NCBI GenBank assembly: GCA_030429835.1
Contig: JAUIGC010000002.1
Span: forward strand, 524 to 64,523
Origin: Bacteroidia bacterium
GTDB lineage: Bacteria > Bacteroidota > Bacteroidia > Flavobacteriales > Flavobacteriaceae
DNA length: 64,000 bases
Direction of reading: 5' to 3'
Shown: one piece after another, positions 9,448 to 19,733 of the stretch
Position numbering within the stretch: the first letter of the stretch is position 1
Layout: each line of letters opens with the position of its first letter
The notes under the pieces: model-generated
What the model was told of the DNA's origin: nothing
The model's database searches: none
What the model saw: the letters and a program-made list of their open reading frames with translations, nothing else
Position numbers and translations under genes: made by a program

Positions 9448-11028
9448 ATGTTTAGGAAACACTTATCATTCTTCTGTATAATATTAGGAATGGCATTTTG
9501 TTTTGGACAGGAATCCGGATTTGTACGAGGTCAACTCTTGGATATTGAATCCGGACAACCGGTAGTATTCGCTACGGTCAAAATTAAGGATAAAGCCTTA
9601 GGGGTAATATCAAATACGGATGGTGGATTTCAGATTCCCCTAAAATATAAACTGGAAGGTGATGTACTGGAGATTTCTTCTATGGGATACGAATCATTGG
9701 AGGTGCCCCTAGTAGTTTTCAATACCGAAACTATTCAGGTATTAAATATGAAACCGTCAATCTTGGAGCTGGACGAGGTGACAGTTAGCAAGAAAAGAAG
9801 AACCAAGGAAAGATATTATAAATTAACGGCGAGGGAGATTGTCCAAAAGGCGATTAAGAACTTGCCTCTGAACCTTCCCCAAAATCCATATACATATATT
9901 GGTTATTATAGGGATTATCAATTTAAAGATGGCAATTATACAAACTTGAACGAGGCACTGCTGCAGATATTTGACCAAGGCCTTAATGCTATTGATTATG
10001 AGACCTCTAAAGTTAGTATTTATAACTATCGTCAAAACAAAGATTTTCCAATAGATTCAATCGGTTTAAAGCCTTATGATTACAAAGGATTTACAAAAAC
10101 AATTTCTAAGGCTATTTTGAGTAGTTACGGAGGTAATGAATATGTTATATTAAGAATTCACGATCCTATAAGGAATTATAAAATAAACTCATTTGATTTT
10201 GTTAATAGATTCGATGATGATTTTACCAGAAATCATATTTTCTCCAAGGACGAGGATGTAATCGTGGAAGGGGAATATGTTTATCATATCACATTTACTA
10301 CCGCCAAACAAAACCAATTAGACGTTGCAGGTCATGTTTACATTGCCAAAGATAATTTTGCGATTCATGGTTTTGATTATGTTATAGCGGATAAACCTAC
10401 AAGGAATTCATCGGTGAAACCTGTCATATTCGAAACAAAAGTGGAATACCGGGAAGAAAATAATAAAATGTACCTAAGTTATCATTCGATGAACAATTCA
10501 TTCAAATTATTAAAGCCTCCCAAGTTTCAATTTTTGGAGGGAATTTTTAATCCGAATAAAAAACAATTTGTCTTGATGTTCAATAATAATTTGGATGTCA
10601 ATTCTGGAGGTATTTTATCCCGTTATAATATTCGATTTCAAGGAAAAAAAATAAAATTCAGGTCAATCCTAATTGCTGATAATGAAGTTTCCTTGGAACC
10701 GAATATGGAAATAAAGGGGAATAGGGATATAATAAATGAGATGATTGAATTAATAAAAAAAGAAAAGATTAATGTTGGGGATTTACAATTTGAGGTAAAT
10801 CGTATAAAGGATATGAACGGAAATGTTGTAAATGAGTTTGAATACGAAAAAAGAAACCAGTTCAGGGAATTCTTTGTACAGGAACTCCAATTGGAACCTT
10901 CAATCGTACCAAAGGATAATCTTTTAATGAAGAAGAACAGGCCGCTTTTCAATGATCAACCAATAAATAAGCCCGATAACTTCAAAGACTATTGGATGAA
11001 TACACCTCTCCAATTCAACAAAAACTAG
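9448..11028 (+). CDS. Secreted carboxypeptidase-regulatory-like domain protein, paralog 2 of 5
   Basis: Same motif set; ATG 9448 preferred over TTG 9436. Confidence 0.8.
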   Translation: MFRKHLSFFCIILGMAFCFGQESGFVRGQLLDIESGQPVVFATVKIKDKALGVISNTDGGFQIPLKYKLEGDVLEISSMGYESLEVPLVVFNTETIQVLNMKPSILELDEVTVSKKRRTKERYYKLTAREIVQKAIKNLPLNLPQNPYTYIGYYRDYQFKDGNYTNLNEALLQIFDQGLNAIDYETSKVSIYNYRQNKDFPIDSIGLKPYDYKGFTKTISKAILSSYGGNEYVILRIHDPIRNYKINSFDFVNRFDDDFTRNHIFSKDEDVIVEGEYVYHITFTTAKQNQLDVAGHVYIAKDNFAIHGFDYVIADKPTRNSSVKPVIFETKVEYREENNKMYLSYHSMNNSFKLLKPPKFQFLEGIFNPNKKQFVLMFNNNLDVNSGGILSRYNIRFQGKKIKFRSILIADNEVSLEPNMEIKGNRDIINEMIELIKKEKINVGDLQFEVNRIKDMNGNVVNEFEYEKRNQFREFFVQELQLEPSIVPKDNLLMKKNRPLFNDQPINKPDNFKDYWMNTPLQFNKN

Positions 11029-11031
11029 GGT

Positions 11032-12630
11032 ATGATTCTAAGAAATAATATTTGGTTACTATTTATATTTTGTAATGCACTGGTCAATGCGCAGGACAGC
11101 GACTTTTTTTTCGGTAAAATACAAGATGGTGCAACAGGGGAACCAGTCGTATTTGCCAATATCAGGATTAAGGATAGGGCCTTAGGGGTAATCACAAATG
11201 TGGACGGAAGTTTTAGGATTCCCATTAGATACAAGGATTATGGGGATATAATTCAGATATCGTCCATGGGATATCAGACTAAGGAAATACCCATTTCGGA
11301 GTTCCTTCAAGAAGGAATTAACCTAATTATATTGAATCCATCGGCTATCGGTTTACAGGAAGCAGTTGTAAAGGCCAAGGATAAAAGAGGAAGAAGGTTG
11401 GGCCCAAAGCGAATTGTACAAAAAGCCATTGATGCCATACCTGATAATTATCCAACAACTTCCTTTTCCACCATAGGCTATTACAGGGATTATCAGTTGA
11501 AAGATGGAGAATACATAAACCTTAATGAAGGTATCATGGAAGTTTATGACCAGGGCTTTGACCAATTGGACGATGAAACCTCTGAGATACAAGTTTTCAA
11601 TTTTGAACTGAACAACGATTTTGAACAGGACTTCATGGCACGTATGGCCTATGATTATGAGAGCTACAAAAAAATAATAAAGAAAGCTTATCTAGGAGCC
11701 TATGGGGGCAATGAGTTTCGAATTTTACGAATACACGATGCTATTCGAAATTATAATGTTTTCTCCTACGACTACATTGGAATTTTAAAAAATGATTTAT
11801 TAAAGAATCATAACTTTCTTAGAAGTAAGGATTCATATAGCGATAATGAAGCGCTTTATGGAATTAAATTTTGGGAAATACACCCAAATTATAGAGCCCA
11901 TGGAGAAATATTTATATCCAAGAAAGATTTTTCCATCCATAGATTGGAGTACACGATGTATAATGCCAGGAAGACGAACAAGGAAGGCAAAAAAAACAAA
12001 CACGGGCATAAACAAAAGGTAATCTTTGATATTATGACCGAGTATAGGAAGGTCAATGGAAAAATGTATTTAAACTACATTTCCTTTCATAATAATTTTG
12101 AAGTTAGAAGACCACCTAAATTTGCCTTGGATTCTACTTTAGTCAACATGCCAGGTGGTTACTACGCTTTATACTTCAACAAAGCGGTGGATTCCCTTAC
12201 CGCTACAAATCCTAAAAATTATGATATGATGTTCCAGAAAAAGAAATACGGAATTGATAAAATAGAAGTATTCGGTGATTCGGTTAGAATCTATGGGGAT
12301 TCAGATTTCAAACAGGCGGTTTATAACGCAAAGGGAGAAACAAGTGCCTTGATTAGTAAGAGAAAAGTCAATGAAGTGGAAGACATGTTTGAGATCGGGA
12401 TTGAAAATGTACGGGATATCTCTGGAAACTTGGTAAATAAACCCAACATAAAAGAGTACCAGCAATACAGGGAATTTTTTGTACAACGTATAAAACCGGA
12501 TTCAAGATCACCTTTAGATGGTGAGTTTATGGACAAGGGAAAACCCATATTTGAGGACCAGCCCATGATTAAGCCGAAAGACTATAAGGAATACTGGATG
12601 AATACACCTTTACCCAATATTGAAAATTAA
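11032..12630 (+). CDS. Secreted carboxypeptidase-regulatory-like domain protein, paralog 3 of 5
   Basis: Same motif set; ends EYWMNTPLPNIEN. Confidence 0.8.
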   Translation: MILRNNIWLLFIFCNALVNAQDSDFFFGKIQDGATGEPVVFANIRIKDRALGVITNVDGSFRIPIRYKDYGDIIQISSMGYQTKEIPISEFLQEGINLIILNPSAIGLQEAVVKAKDKRGRRLGPKRIVQKAIDAIPDNYPTTSFSTIGYYRDYQLKDGEYINLNEGIMEVYDQGFDQLDDETSEIQVFNFELNNDFEQDFMARMAYDYESYKKIIKKAYLGAYGGNEFRILRIHDAIRNYNVFSYDYIGILKNDLLKNHNFLRSKDSYSDNEALYGIKFWEIHPNYRAHGEIFISKKDFSIHRLEYTMYNARKTNKEGKKNKHGHKQKVIFDIMTEYRKVNGKMYLNYISFHNNFEVRRPPKFALDSTLVNMPGGYYALYFNKAVDSLTATNPKNYDMMFQKKKYGIDKIEVFGDSVRIYGDSDFKQAVYNAKGETSALISKRKVNEVEDMFEIGIENVRDISGNLVNKPNIKEYQQYREFFVQRIKPDSRSPLDGEFMDKGKPIFEDQPMIKPKDYKEYWMNTPLPNIEN

Positions 12631-12635
12631 GGTTG

Positions 12636-14249
12636 ATGTTCATGGTAACGAAAAGTTTGGTCAAGGAAAATCTGTTACTCGTATTGATGCTCTACGCTTC
12701 GTCCTGTCTGTTCGGTCAAAAAGAATATTTTACTGGACACATATTGGATTCTGAAACCAACGAACCTGTGGTATTTGCAAATATTAGAATAAAGGAAAGG
12801 GCCTTGGGTATAATTACCAATGAGGATGGTAGTTTTAGAATTCCTCTAAAATATAGGGAGTTTGGAGACGTCATAGAAATTTCCTCCATGGGCTATCAAA
12901 CAAGGGATATTTCCATTTCAGAATTAAATACATCAGAATTGAATATCTTAAAATTGTATCCCTCTTCCATTAACCTTGATGAGGCAGTAGTAGCGGCCAA
13001 GGATAAGCGAAAAAAAAGGTTGTCCGCCAAACAGATTGTTCAGAAAGCTTTCGATTTAATTCCCTATAACTACCCATCCACTTCATTTTCTACCATAGGG
13101 TATTACAGGGACTATCAAATAGATGATGGTAGATATATAAATTTAAATGAAGCTATTCTACAGGTTTTTGATAAAGGCTTTGATCAGTTAGATGACAGTA
13201 ACTCAGAAATAAAATTGTTCGATGTTGTGCTTAATAAGGATTTTGAACAGGACTCCATGGCGCGTTCGGCATATGATTATAAAAATAATTTAAAGATTAT
13301 TGAAAAGGCCTATTTGGACGTAAACGGCGGTAATGAATTTAGAGCACTAAGAATACACGACCCCATCAGGAATTACAATGTTAAAACATTTGATTTCTTG
13401 GGAATACCAAAAAATGATCTAGTCAAGAATCATTTTTTTCTGAGAAGTAGTGATACATCCGTTGATCATGAAGATTTGTATACTATTAAATTCTGGGTTT
13501 TCTACCCAAATTATAGGGCAAACGGAACGCTTTACATTTCCATGGTGAATTTTGCCATATATAAGTTGGAATATACAATGTATGACGAGAAACGGAGAAA
13601 CAATAACCGAAGCACCAACAAACATGGACATAAACAAAAAGTGATTTTTGATATTACAACGCAGTATAACAAACTTGGGGACCAGATGTACCTAAATTGT
13701 ATCTCTTTCCATAATAGTTTTATAGTAAATCTGCCTCCTGTTTTTAAAGTGGATTTCATCGATGTTGATGCCAAAGACAAAAGATTTGCAATCAATTATA
13801 GTCAAAGACCTGAATCAAAAAAAGCTATAGATATTTCTAACTATGATATTTTGTTCAATAAGGAACCGATTAAAGTCAGAAAAGCGGTAAGGCTCGACAA
13901 AAAGGTTTTTTTATATCCGGATTTAACTGACGATAAAATAATAGATTTATTTCTTGAAATATCAAAAGCCCAAAAGAATGGGATAAAATTAGAAAATCTC
14001 TTGGAGGTGAAAATAGATAAATTAAAAGATGAAAACGGAAATACTCTTAACGAATGGTCCAAAAAGGAATTTCTACAGTTCAGGGAATTTTTTGTTCAGA
14101 GAATAAAGCCCAATTCAAGAGCACCTCTTAATGATTTATTTATGAACAAGAACAAACCTTTTTTTTCAAATCAACCTATGGAAAAGCCTAGGGATTTTGA
14201 TGATTATTGGATGAATACCCCATTATTGCATAATTTAAGTGAAAATTGA
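12636..14249 (+). CDS. Secreted carboxypeptidase-regulatory-like domain protein, paralog 4 of 5
   Basis: Same motif set; closest to paralog 3 (shared NKHGHKQKVIFDI, FFVQRIKP); start uncertain. Confidence 0.8.
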   Translation: MFMVTKSLVKENLLLVLMLYASSCLFGQKEYFTGHILDSETNEPVVFANIRIKERALGIITNEDGSFRIPLKYREFGDVIEISSMGYQTRDISISELNTSELNILKLYPSSINLDEAVVAAKDKRKKRLSAKQIVQKAFDLIPYNYPSTSFSTIGYYRDYQIDDGRYINLNEAILQVFDKGFDQLDDSNSEIKLFDVVLNKDFEQDSMARSAYDYKNNLKIIEKAYLDVNGGNEFRALRIHDPIRNYNVKTFDFLGIPKNDLVKNHFFLRSSDTSVDHEDLYTIKFWVFYPNYRANGTLYISMVNFAIYKLEYTMYDEKRRNNNRSTNKHGHKQKVIFDITTQYNKLGDQMYLNCISFHNSFIVNLPPVFKVDFIDVDAKDKRFAINYSQRPESKKAIDISNYDILFNKEPIKVRKAVRLDKKVFLYPDLTDDKIIDLFLEISKAQKNGIKLENLLEVKIDKLKDENGNTLNEWSKKEFLQFREFFVQRIKPNSRAPLNDLFMNKNKPFFSNQPMEKPRDFDDYWMNTPLLHNLSEN

Positions 14250-14254
14250 AGGCC

Positions 14255-15868
14255 ATGGGTGCACGCGTATTAGTTCTATTGGTTTTCCTTCTATCGGCTA
14301 CCATTTTTGGTCAAAGGGAAGATTATATTTTCGGTCAATTGGTGGATGCCACCCAGAATGAACCCATACCCTTTGCCAGCATTAGGGTCAAGGGGGCCGC
14401 AATGGGCGTAATATCCAATATTGACGGTACCTTTAGAATACCAATGCGCTATAAGTCCATGGGTGAGATTTTGGAAATTTCATGCATGGGGTACGGAACT
14501 AAAAATATTCCCATGCGGGATTTAATGGAATCCGAAGCCAACATAATTGTTCTCCAACCTTCCGCAATGGAACTCGGTGAAGCGACCGTAAGTGCCAATT
14601 TGAAAAAGTTCGATGCAAGGGAATTGATGAGGTTGGCCATTGCCCGTATACCACAGAACTACCCATTGATGCCTTATAGCATGGTAGGTTACTACAGGGA
14701 TTATCAGGTCAAAAACGGGAGTTATACTAATTTGAACGAGGCGGTGGTAAACTTATATGACCAGGGATTTTCGAAAAAAGACAACTTTGACAATCAATAT
14801 GAATTATTTTCTTATCGCCATAATACGGATTTCGAAGTGGATTCCTTTGCAAAGCAACCCTATGATTATGGTGGTTTTAATAAGATAATTCCCCATGCCA
14901 AAATGGAGAACACCGGAGGTAACGAGTTGATTACGTTAATGGTACATGATGCCATTAGAAACTATCAAATAGATGTATACTCCTTTATAAATAACATGTC
15001 GCTGGACTTTCTGGAAAATCATCGCTTTCGTTTGATGGGAACCACGAACTATAAGGATACTAAGGTATACGATATAGCATGCTACTACCGGGACAATGAT
15101 TATAGAAGTGAGGGGAGAATATTCCTGGATACCGGTAATTTTTCGATTCTAAAATTGGATTACAGTCTGTTTAGAAGAAAAAAACCCGGTGAGCATGATA
15201 TGGCCATGAACCCACTTGAACGTTTTTCAGACGGTTTTAAGAAGATCGAAGGTGAAAATTTATATCGAATTATTACAGAATATTATAAGGGAGAAAAGGA
15301 CAAAATGTACTTGGGCTATATTTCGTTCTATAATAAAATGCTCATACAAAGGCCACCCGTGTTTTTTTCAAAATTTGTTGTGGACTTGCGGGACAATTCC
15401 TTTAAAATTCGTTTGAATAAAGTGCCGGCTAATCTGGATCAAATAAAAAATAGTGACTTTAAAATTAAATATAAAGGAGAATCACTGCCTATAAAAGAAT
15501 TCTTTTTTTATGAGGACGAGAGAAGGTTTAGAGTTTGCCCTAACCATAAATATACAAAAGCAGCGGATGCTCTGGAATATATTTTTACCGAAAATGATAG
15601 AGCCGAAATATCTGATCTTACCTACTCCTATGGTAATATTAGGGATAGTTTAGGGAATAAGTTGGATGAAAGAAAATGGGAATATTTGCATCAATACAGG
15701 GAATTTTTTGTTCAGGAAACCAAGCCTTTTTCCACTATAGGGGATATTATGATAGACAGCTTAATGCAAAAAATGAAACCTTTGGATAGTGAAACTCAAC
15801 ACATATCAAAAAGAGCTTCAAAGAACGACTACTGGATGAACACCCCGCTACCAAAAATAGAAAACTAA
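14255..15868 (+). CDS. Secreted carboxypeptidase-regulatory-like domain protein, paralog 5 of 5
   Basis: Same motif set; ends DYWMNTPLPKIEN; start 14246 (TTG) or 14255 (ATG). Confidence 0.8.
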   Translation: MGARVLVLLVFLLSATIFGQREDYIFGQLVDATQNEPIPFASIRVKGAAMGVISNIDGTFRIPMRYKSMGEILEISCMGYGTKNIPMRDLMESEANIIVLQPSAMELGEATVSANLKKFDARELMRLAIARIPQNYPLMPYSMVGYYRDYQVKNGSYTNLNEAVVNLYDQGFSKKDNFDNQYELFSYRHNTDFEVDSFAKQPYDYGGFNKIIPHAKMENTGGNELITLMVHDAIRNYQIDVYSFINNMSLDFLENHRFRLMGTTNYKDTKVYDIACYYRDNDYRSEGRIFLDTGNFSILKLDYSLFRRKKPGEHDMAMNPLERFSDGFKKIEGENLYRIITEYYKGEKDKMYLGYISFYNKMLIQRPPVFFSKFVVDLRDNSFKIRLNKVPANLDQIKNSDFKIKYKGESLPIKEFFFYEDERRFRVCPNHKYTKAADALEYIFTENDRAEISDLTYSYGNIRDSLGNKLDERKWEYLHQYREFFVQETKPFSTIGDIMIDSLMQKMKPLDSETQHISKRASKNDYWMNTPLPKIEN

Positions 15869-15899
15869 AAAAGGCCTTGGATTATTCCAAGGCCTTTTT
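15867..15899. terminator. Bidirectional terminator between the paralog array and GSII
   Basis: aaaaaaggccttgg-attatt-ccaaggccttttt. Confidence 0.85.
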
Positions 15900-15926
15900 G
15901 TTTCAACAATTAATTATAGTCTTATA

Positions 15927-16949
15927 CTAAACTTTGGCAGACTTTACAGTTTTGATAATTCTTGCCGCAATTTTATAAGGATCACCGTTGGAAGCAGGTC
16001 TTCTGTCCTCTAACCATCCTTTCCATCCTTTTTCAACAGTAATCAAAGGAATACGGATAGAAGCACCACGGTCAGATATACCATAGCTAAAATCGTTGAT
16101 AGAAGCAGTTTCGTGCTTACCGGTCAAACGTTGATCGTTAAACTCACCATAAACCTCAATATGCTCTTTTACTACAGGTCTAAAAGCCTCGCATATTTTC
16201 TCGTAAACATCTTTGGAACCAGCGGTTCTGAGTGTAGAGTTGGAGAAGTTTGCGTGCATACCAGAACCGTTCCAGTCCATATCTTTTCCTAGTGGCTTAG
16301 GATGGTATTCTATATAATAACCGTAAGATTCTGTTAGTCTTTGCAATAAGTATCTAGCGACCCAAATTTCATCACCAGCCTTTTTTGCTCCTTTGGCAAA
16401 CAATTGAAACTCCCATTGTCCACAGGCAACCTCTTGGTTGATACCTTCAAAGTTAAGGCCTGCTGCAATACATAGATCCGCATGCTCCTCAACCAAAGCT
16501 CTACCATGAGTGTTTTTTCCACCAACGGAACAATAGTACATACCTTGTGGGGCAGGATAACCACCTATTGGGAATCCTAGTGGCAATTGAGTTGCCGTAT
16601 CCATAATAAAGTATTCTTGTTCAAAGCCAAACCAGAAATCATCATCCTCATCATCAATGGTCGCTCTACCATTAGATTCATGCGGAGTACCATCTGCATT
16701 CATAACTTCGGTCATTACCAACCATCCGTCTTTTCTTGCAGGGTCTGGGTAAATAGCTACCGGAACCAATAAGCAATCGGAAGATCCACCCTCAGCTTGT
16801 TTTGTAGATGATCCATCAAAAGACCAATTGCCTAGCTCTTCCAATGTACCCTTAAAATTTTCATGCTCTTCTACTTTGGTTTTACTCCTTAAGTTCTGAG
16901 TTGGGTAGTAACCGTCTAACCAAAGGTATTCTAATTTAATCTTACTCAT
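15927..16949 (-). CDS. glnII: Glutamine synthetase type II
   Basis: LEYLWLDG, LRSKT, WSFDGSST, FGFEQEY, GQWEFQ, WNGSGMHANFS, RLTGKHET, LEDRRPASNGDPY; ~340 aa; ATG start MSKIK. Confidence 0.93.
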   Translation of the reverse strand: MSKIKLEYLWLDGYYPTQNLRSKTKVEEHENFKGTLEELGNWSFDGSSTKQAEGGSSDCLLVPVAIYPDPARKDGWLVMTEVMNADGTPHESNGRATIDDEDDDFWFGFEQEYFIMDTATQLPLGFPIGGYPAPQGMYYCSVGGKNTHGRALVEEHADLCIAAGLNFEGINQEVACGQWEFQLFAKGAKKAGDEIWVARYLLQRLTESYGYYIEYHPKPLGKDMDWNGSGMHANFSNSTLRTAGSKDVYEKICEAFRPVVKEHIEVYGEFNDQRLTGKHETASINDFSYGISDRGASIRIPLITVEKGWKGWLEDRRPASNGDPYKIAARIIKTVKSAKV

Positions 16950-17060
16950 AATTTTGGTAGTTATATTACATATTAAAAAGACGACCAAAAATATGTTTTT
17001 TTATGCTATCTAGGTATTTTTTAGGGGGTAAATCTATAAGAATTCAATAAATTATATCAT

Positions 17061-17080
17061 ACCCCCATTTTTTAATGGGT
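17061..17080. promoter_or_regulatory. Palindromic ACCC-N12-GGGT box between the divergent GS genes
   Basis: acccccattttttaatgggt; half-site tagggggt at 17022-17029; the same box recurs upstream of the PII gene. Confidence 0.55.
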
Positions 17081-17139
17081 ATTTTGCCAAATACTTATTT
17101 TAACACCGTAATTTTGTTGAATTAATAATTTAAAGTACT

Positions 17140-19326
17140 ATGTCCATACCAAGATTTGAAGCGATTGTTCAGAGCCTAAAAAGAGAACCTATTTCCGTGG
17201 AGGAAAAGGGAAGACGTTCCGATATTTTTGGTGTCAATGTTTTTAATGAAGCTAAAATGCTTCAGTATTTGACCAAGGATGCCTACGAAAGCTTAAAGGA
17301 TGCTATCGTAACGGGATCTAAAATTGACCGTAAAATCGCCGATCAGGTTGCAGAGGCCATAAAAGGTTGGGCCATTACTATGGGGGCTACCCATTACACC
17401 CACTGGTTTCAACCTTTAACGGGGAGTACTGCCGAAAAGCATGATGCTTTCTTTGATTTGACCTTGGATGGCAGGGCTTTGGAAAAATTTGGAGGTGGAC
17501 AATTGGTGCAGCAGGAACCAGATGCATCCAGTTTTCCAAGTGGTGGAATAAGAAATACCTTTGAAGCCAGGGGATATACTGCTTGGGACCCTACTTCTCC
17601 GGCATTTGTTTATGGGACTACGCTATGTATACCCACAATTTTTGTTTCCTATACTGGTGAAGCTCTGGATAATAAGGCGCCATTATTAAGGGCTTTGGGC
17701 GCTGTTGATGAGGCCGCAACACAAGTGGCCAAGTATTTTGATAAGAATGTTACCAAAGTAAATGCCACCTTGGGTTGGGAACAAGAGTATTTTCTAATTG
17801 ATAAGGCTTTGGCCTATTCTCGACCGGATATCGTCATTACGGGTAGAACACTTTTAGGAGTAGCGGCCCCAAAAGGACAACAACTGGATGACCATTATTT
17901 TGGTGTAATACCAAGTAGGGTACTAAGTTTTATGAGTGATTTGGAAAAGGAATGTACGAAATTGGGCATTCCCGTAAAGACAAGGCATAACGAAGTCGCT
18001 CCCAATCAGTTTGAACTGGCTCCCGTTTTTGAAGAGGCGAATCTGGCTGTTGACCATAACCTTTTGTTGATGGACGTTATGGATAAAATTGCCGACCGCC
18101 ATAATTTAAAGGTGCTGTTCCATGAAAAACCTTTTGCAGGGGTAAATGGTTCCGGGAAACATAATAATTGGTCCTTGGCGACGGATACAGGGGTTAACTT
18201 GTTAAGCCCCGGTAGTACTCCTATGAAAAACCTTCAGTTTCTTACTTTTTTTGTGAATACAATTAAGGCAGTGGATACTTATGAGGAAGTGTTGAGGTCT
18301 TCCATAGCATCCGCAAGCAATGACCATAGGTTAGGTGCCAATGAGGCGCCTCCCGCCATATTTTCCATTTTTATCGGTAAGCAATTGAGCAGTGTTCTGG
18401 ACGAATTAGAGGGTGTTTCGCAAGGCAAGCTTTCCCCTGAGGAAAAGACCGAACTTAAACTAAACGTTGTTGGTAAGATTCCGGAAATCCTGTTGGACAA
18501 TACCGATCGTAATCGTACTTCTCCCTTTGCCTTTACGGGAAATAAATTTGAAATGCGCGGTGTAGGTTCCAAAACCAATTGTGCTAAACCTATGACGGTG
18601 TTGAACACCATTGTGGCAAAACAGTTAAGGGACTTTAAAAAGGAAGTGGATGTACTTTTGGACAAAAAGGGACTTAAAAAGGATGAAGCGATATTCAATG
18701 TGCTAAGGGAATACATAAAGACCTGCAAGAGAATACGTTTTGATGGGGATGGCTACAGTAAGGATTGGGAAATCGAGGCCAAGAAAAGAAAACTTAGCAA
18801 TAACAAAAATACCCCAGAGGCCCTTAAAATCCTTTCCGCAAAAGATACCATTGAGCTATTCAAGTCCATGAAGGTTTTGAGCGAAGTTGAGCTAGGAGCA
18901 AGAATGGAGGTTGAATTGGAGACCTATGTCATGCATCTTCAGATAGAAGGACATATGTACAAGAATCTGGTCTATAACTCGGTGATTCCTTCAGCTATAG
19001 CTTATCAAAATAAATTGATAACCAATGTAACAGGCTTAAAGGAGATTTATGGGGCGGCGCACAAAGGATTTACTGAAGCGCAGCTTTCCATGATCGAAGA
19101 AATAGGAGAGCATATATCCGCCTTGAAAAAAGCAACGGATGCACTTACGGATGTCCAGAACAAAGCGGACAAAATTAAGGATACGGCAAAAATGGCCACT
19201 GCCTATTGTAATGATGTAAAACCTTATTTTGATACGATTAGAGACCATGCCGATGAGCTGGAAAAATTGATTGAGGACCAACTATGGCCGTTGACGAAAT
19301 ATAGTGAGCTATTATTTATTAAGTAA
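17140..19326 (+). CDS. glnN: Glutamine synthetase type III
   Basis: 728 aa; THYTHWFQPLTG.TAEKHDAF, EPDASSFP.GG.R.TFEARGYTAWD, HEKPFAGVNGSGKHNNWS, DRNRTSPFAFTGNKFE. Confidence 0.95.
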   Translation: MSIPRFEAIVQSLKREPISVEEKGRRSDIFGVNVFNEAKMLQYLTKDAYESLKDAIVTGSKIDRKIADQVAEAIKGWAITMGATHYTHWFQPLTGSTAEKHDAFFDLTLDGRALEKFGGGQLVQQEPDASSFPSGGIRNTFEARGYTAWDPTSPAFVYGTTLCIPTIFVSYTGEALDNKAPLLRALGAVDEAATQVAKYFDKNVTKVNATLGWEQEYFLIDKALAYSRPDIVITGRTLLGVAAPKGQQLDDHYFGVIPSRVLSFMSDLEKECTKLGIPVKTRHNEVAPNQFELAPVFEEANLAVDHNLLLMDVMDKIADRHNLKVLFHEKPFAGVNGSGKHNNWSLATDTGVNLLSPGSTPMKNLQFLTFFVNTIKAVDTYEEVLRSSIASASNDHRLGANEAPPAIFSIFIGKQLSSVLDELEGVSQGKLSPEEKTELKLNVVGKIPEILLDNTDRNRTSPFAFTGNKFEMRGVGSKTNCAKPMTVLNTIVAKQLRDFKKEVDVLLDKKGLKKDEAIFNVLREYIKTCKRIRFDGDGYSKDWEIEAKKRKLSNNKNTPEALKILSAKDTIELFKSMKVLSEVELGARMEVELETYVMHLQIEGHMYKNLVYNSVIPSAIAYQNKLITNVTGLKEIYGAAHKGFTEAQLSMIEEIGEHISALKKATDALTDVQNKADKIKDTAKMATAYCNDVKPYFDTIRDHADELEKLIEDQLWPLTKYSELLFIK

Positions 19327-19725
19327 TAAAATTACAACCAAAATTTTTGCGGCAAAGACAATAGCAATTTGTACTACATTTTGTTGTATAAGTACAAAAA
19401 TTGTTTGAAAGAATATTTTTAATTCTCGACTCAATAAAAATAAAATAAAACTTGTGAATTAGATAAAATGTATAAAAATACCGTTCAATGACAACTACTG
19501 CATTTTTTTTGTAATTAACAAAAGATTAACATAATTTGTATTTTCTTACTTATTTTTTCCTTTTATCGGTGATTTTTACCTTTAATCTTTATTTCAAAGT
19601 CGTAGGGTCGAATTTTTAAAGGAGATTGTTTAATCATATTAAATTGTCAATTTTTTTTTTAATTTTTTTTTATTCACCTTTAAATAATCGAAATTTAGTT
19701 AATGTAGTAAGGCTATTTTAGCTAT

Positions 19726-19733
19726 TAATTTTG
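19726..19733 (+). promoter_or_regulatory. Candidate -7 element (TAATTTTG) for the curli operon, implying a ~250-nt 5' leader
   Basis: Matches the Bacteroidetes TAnnTTTG consensus; the region is AT-rich, so a chance match is possible. Confidence 0.35.

Noticed and set aside
9283-11009. Diversity-generating retroelement TR/VR pair (with 45783-46172 as an Avd-like gene)
   Set aside because: The single mismatch is T/C on the coding strand, both copies are inside genes, and no reverse transcriptase is present
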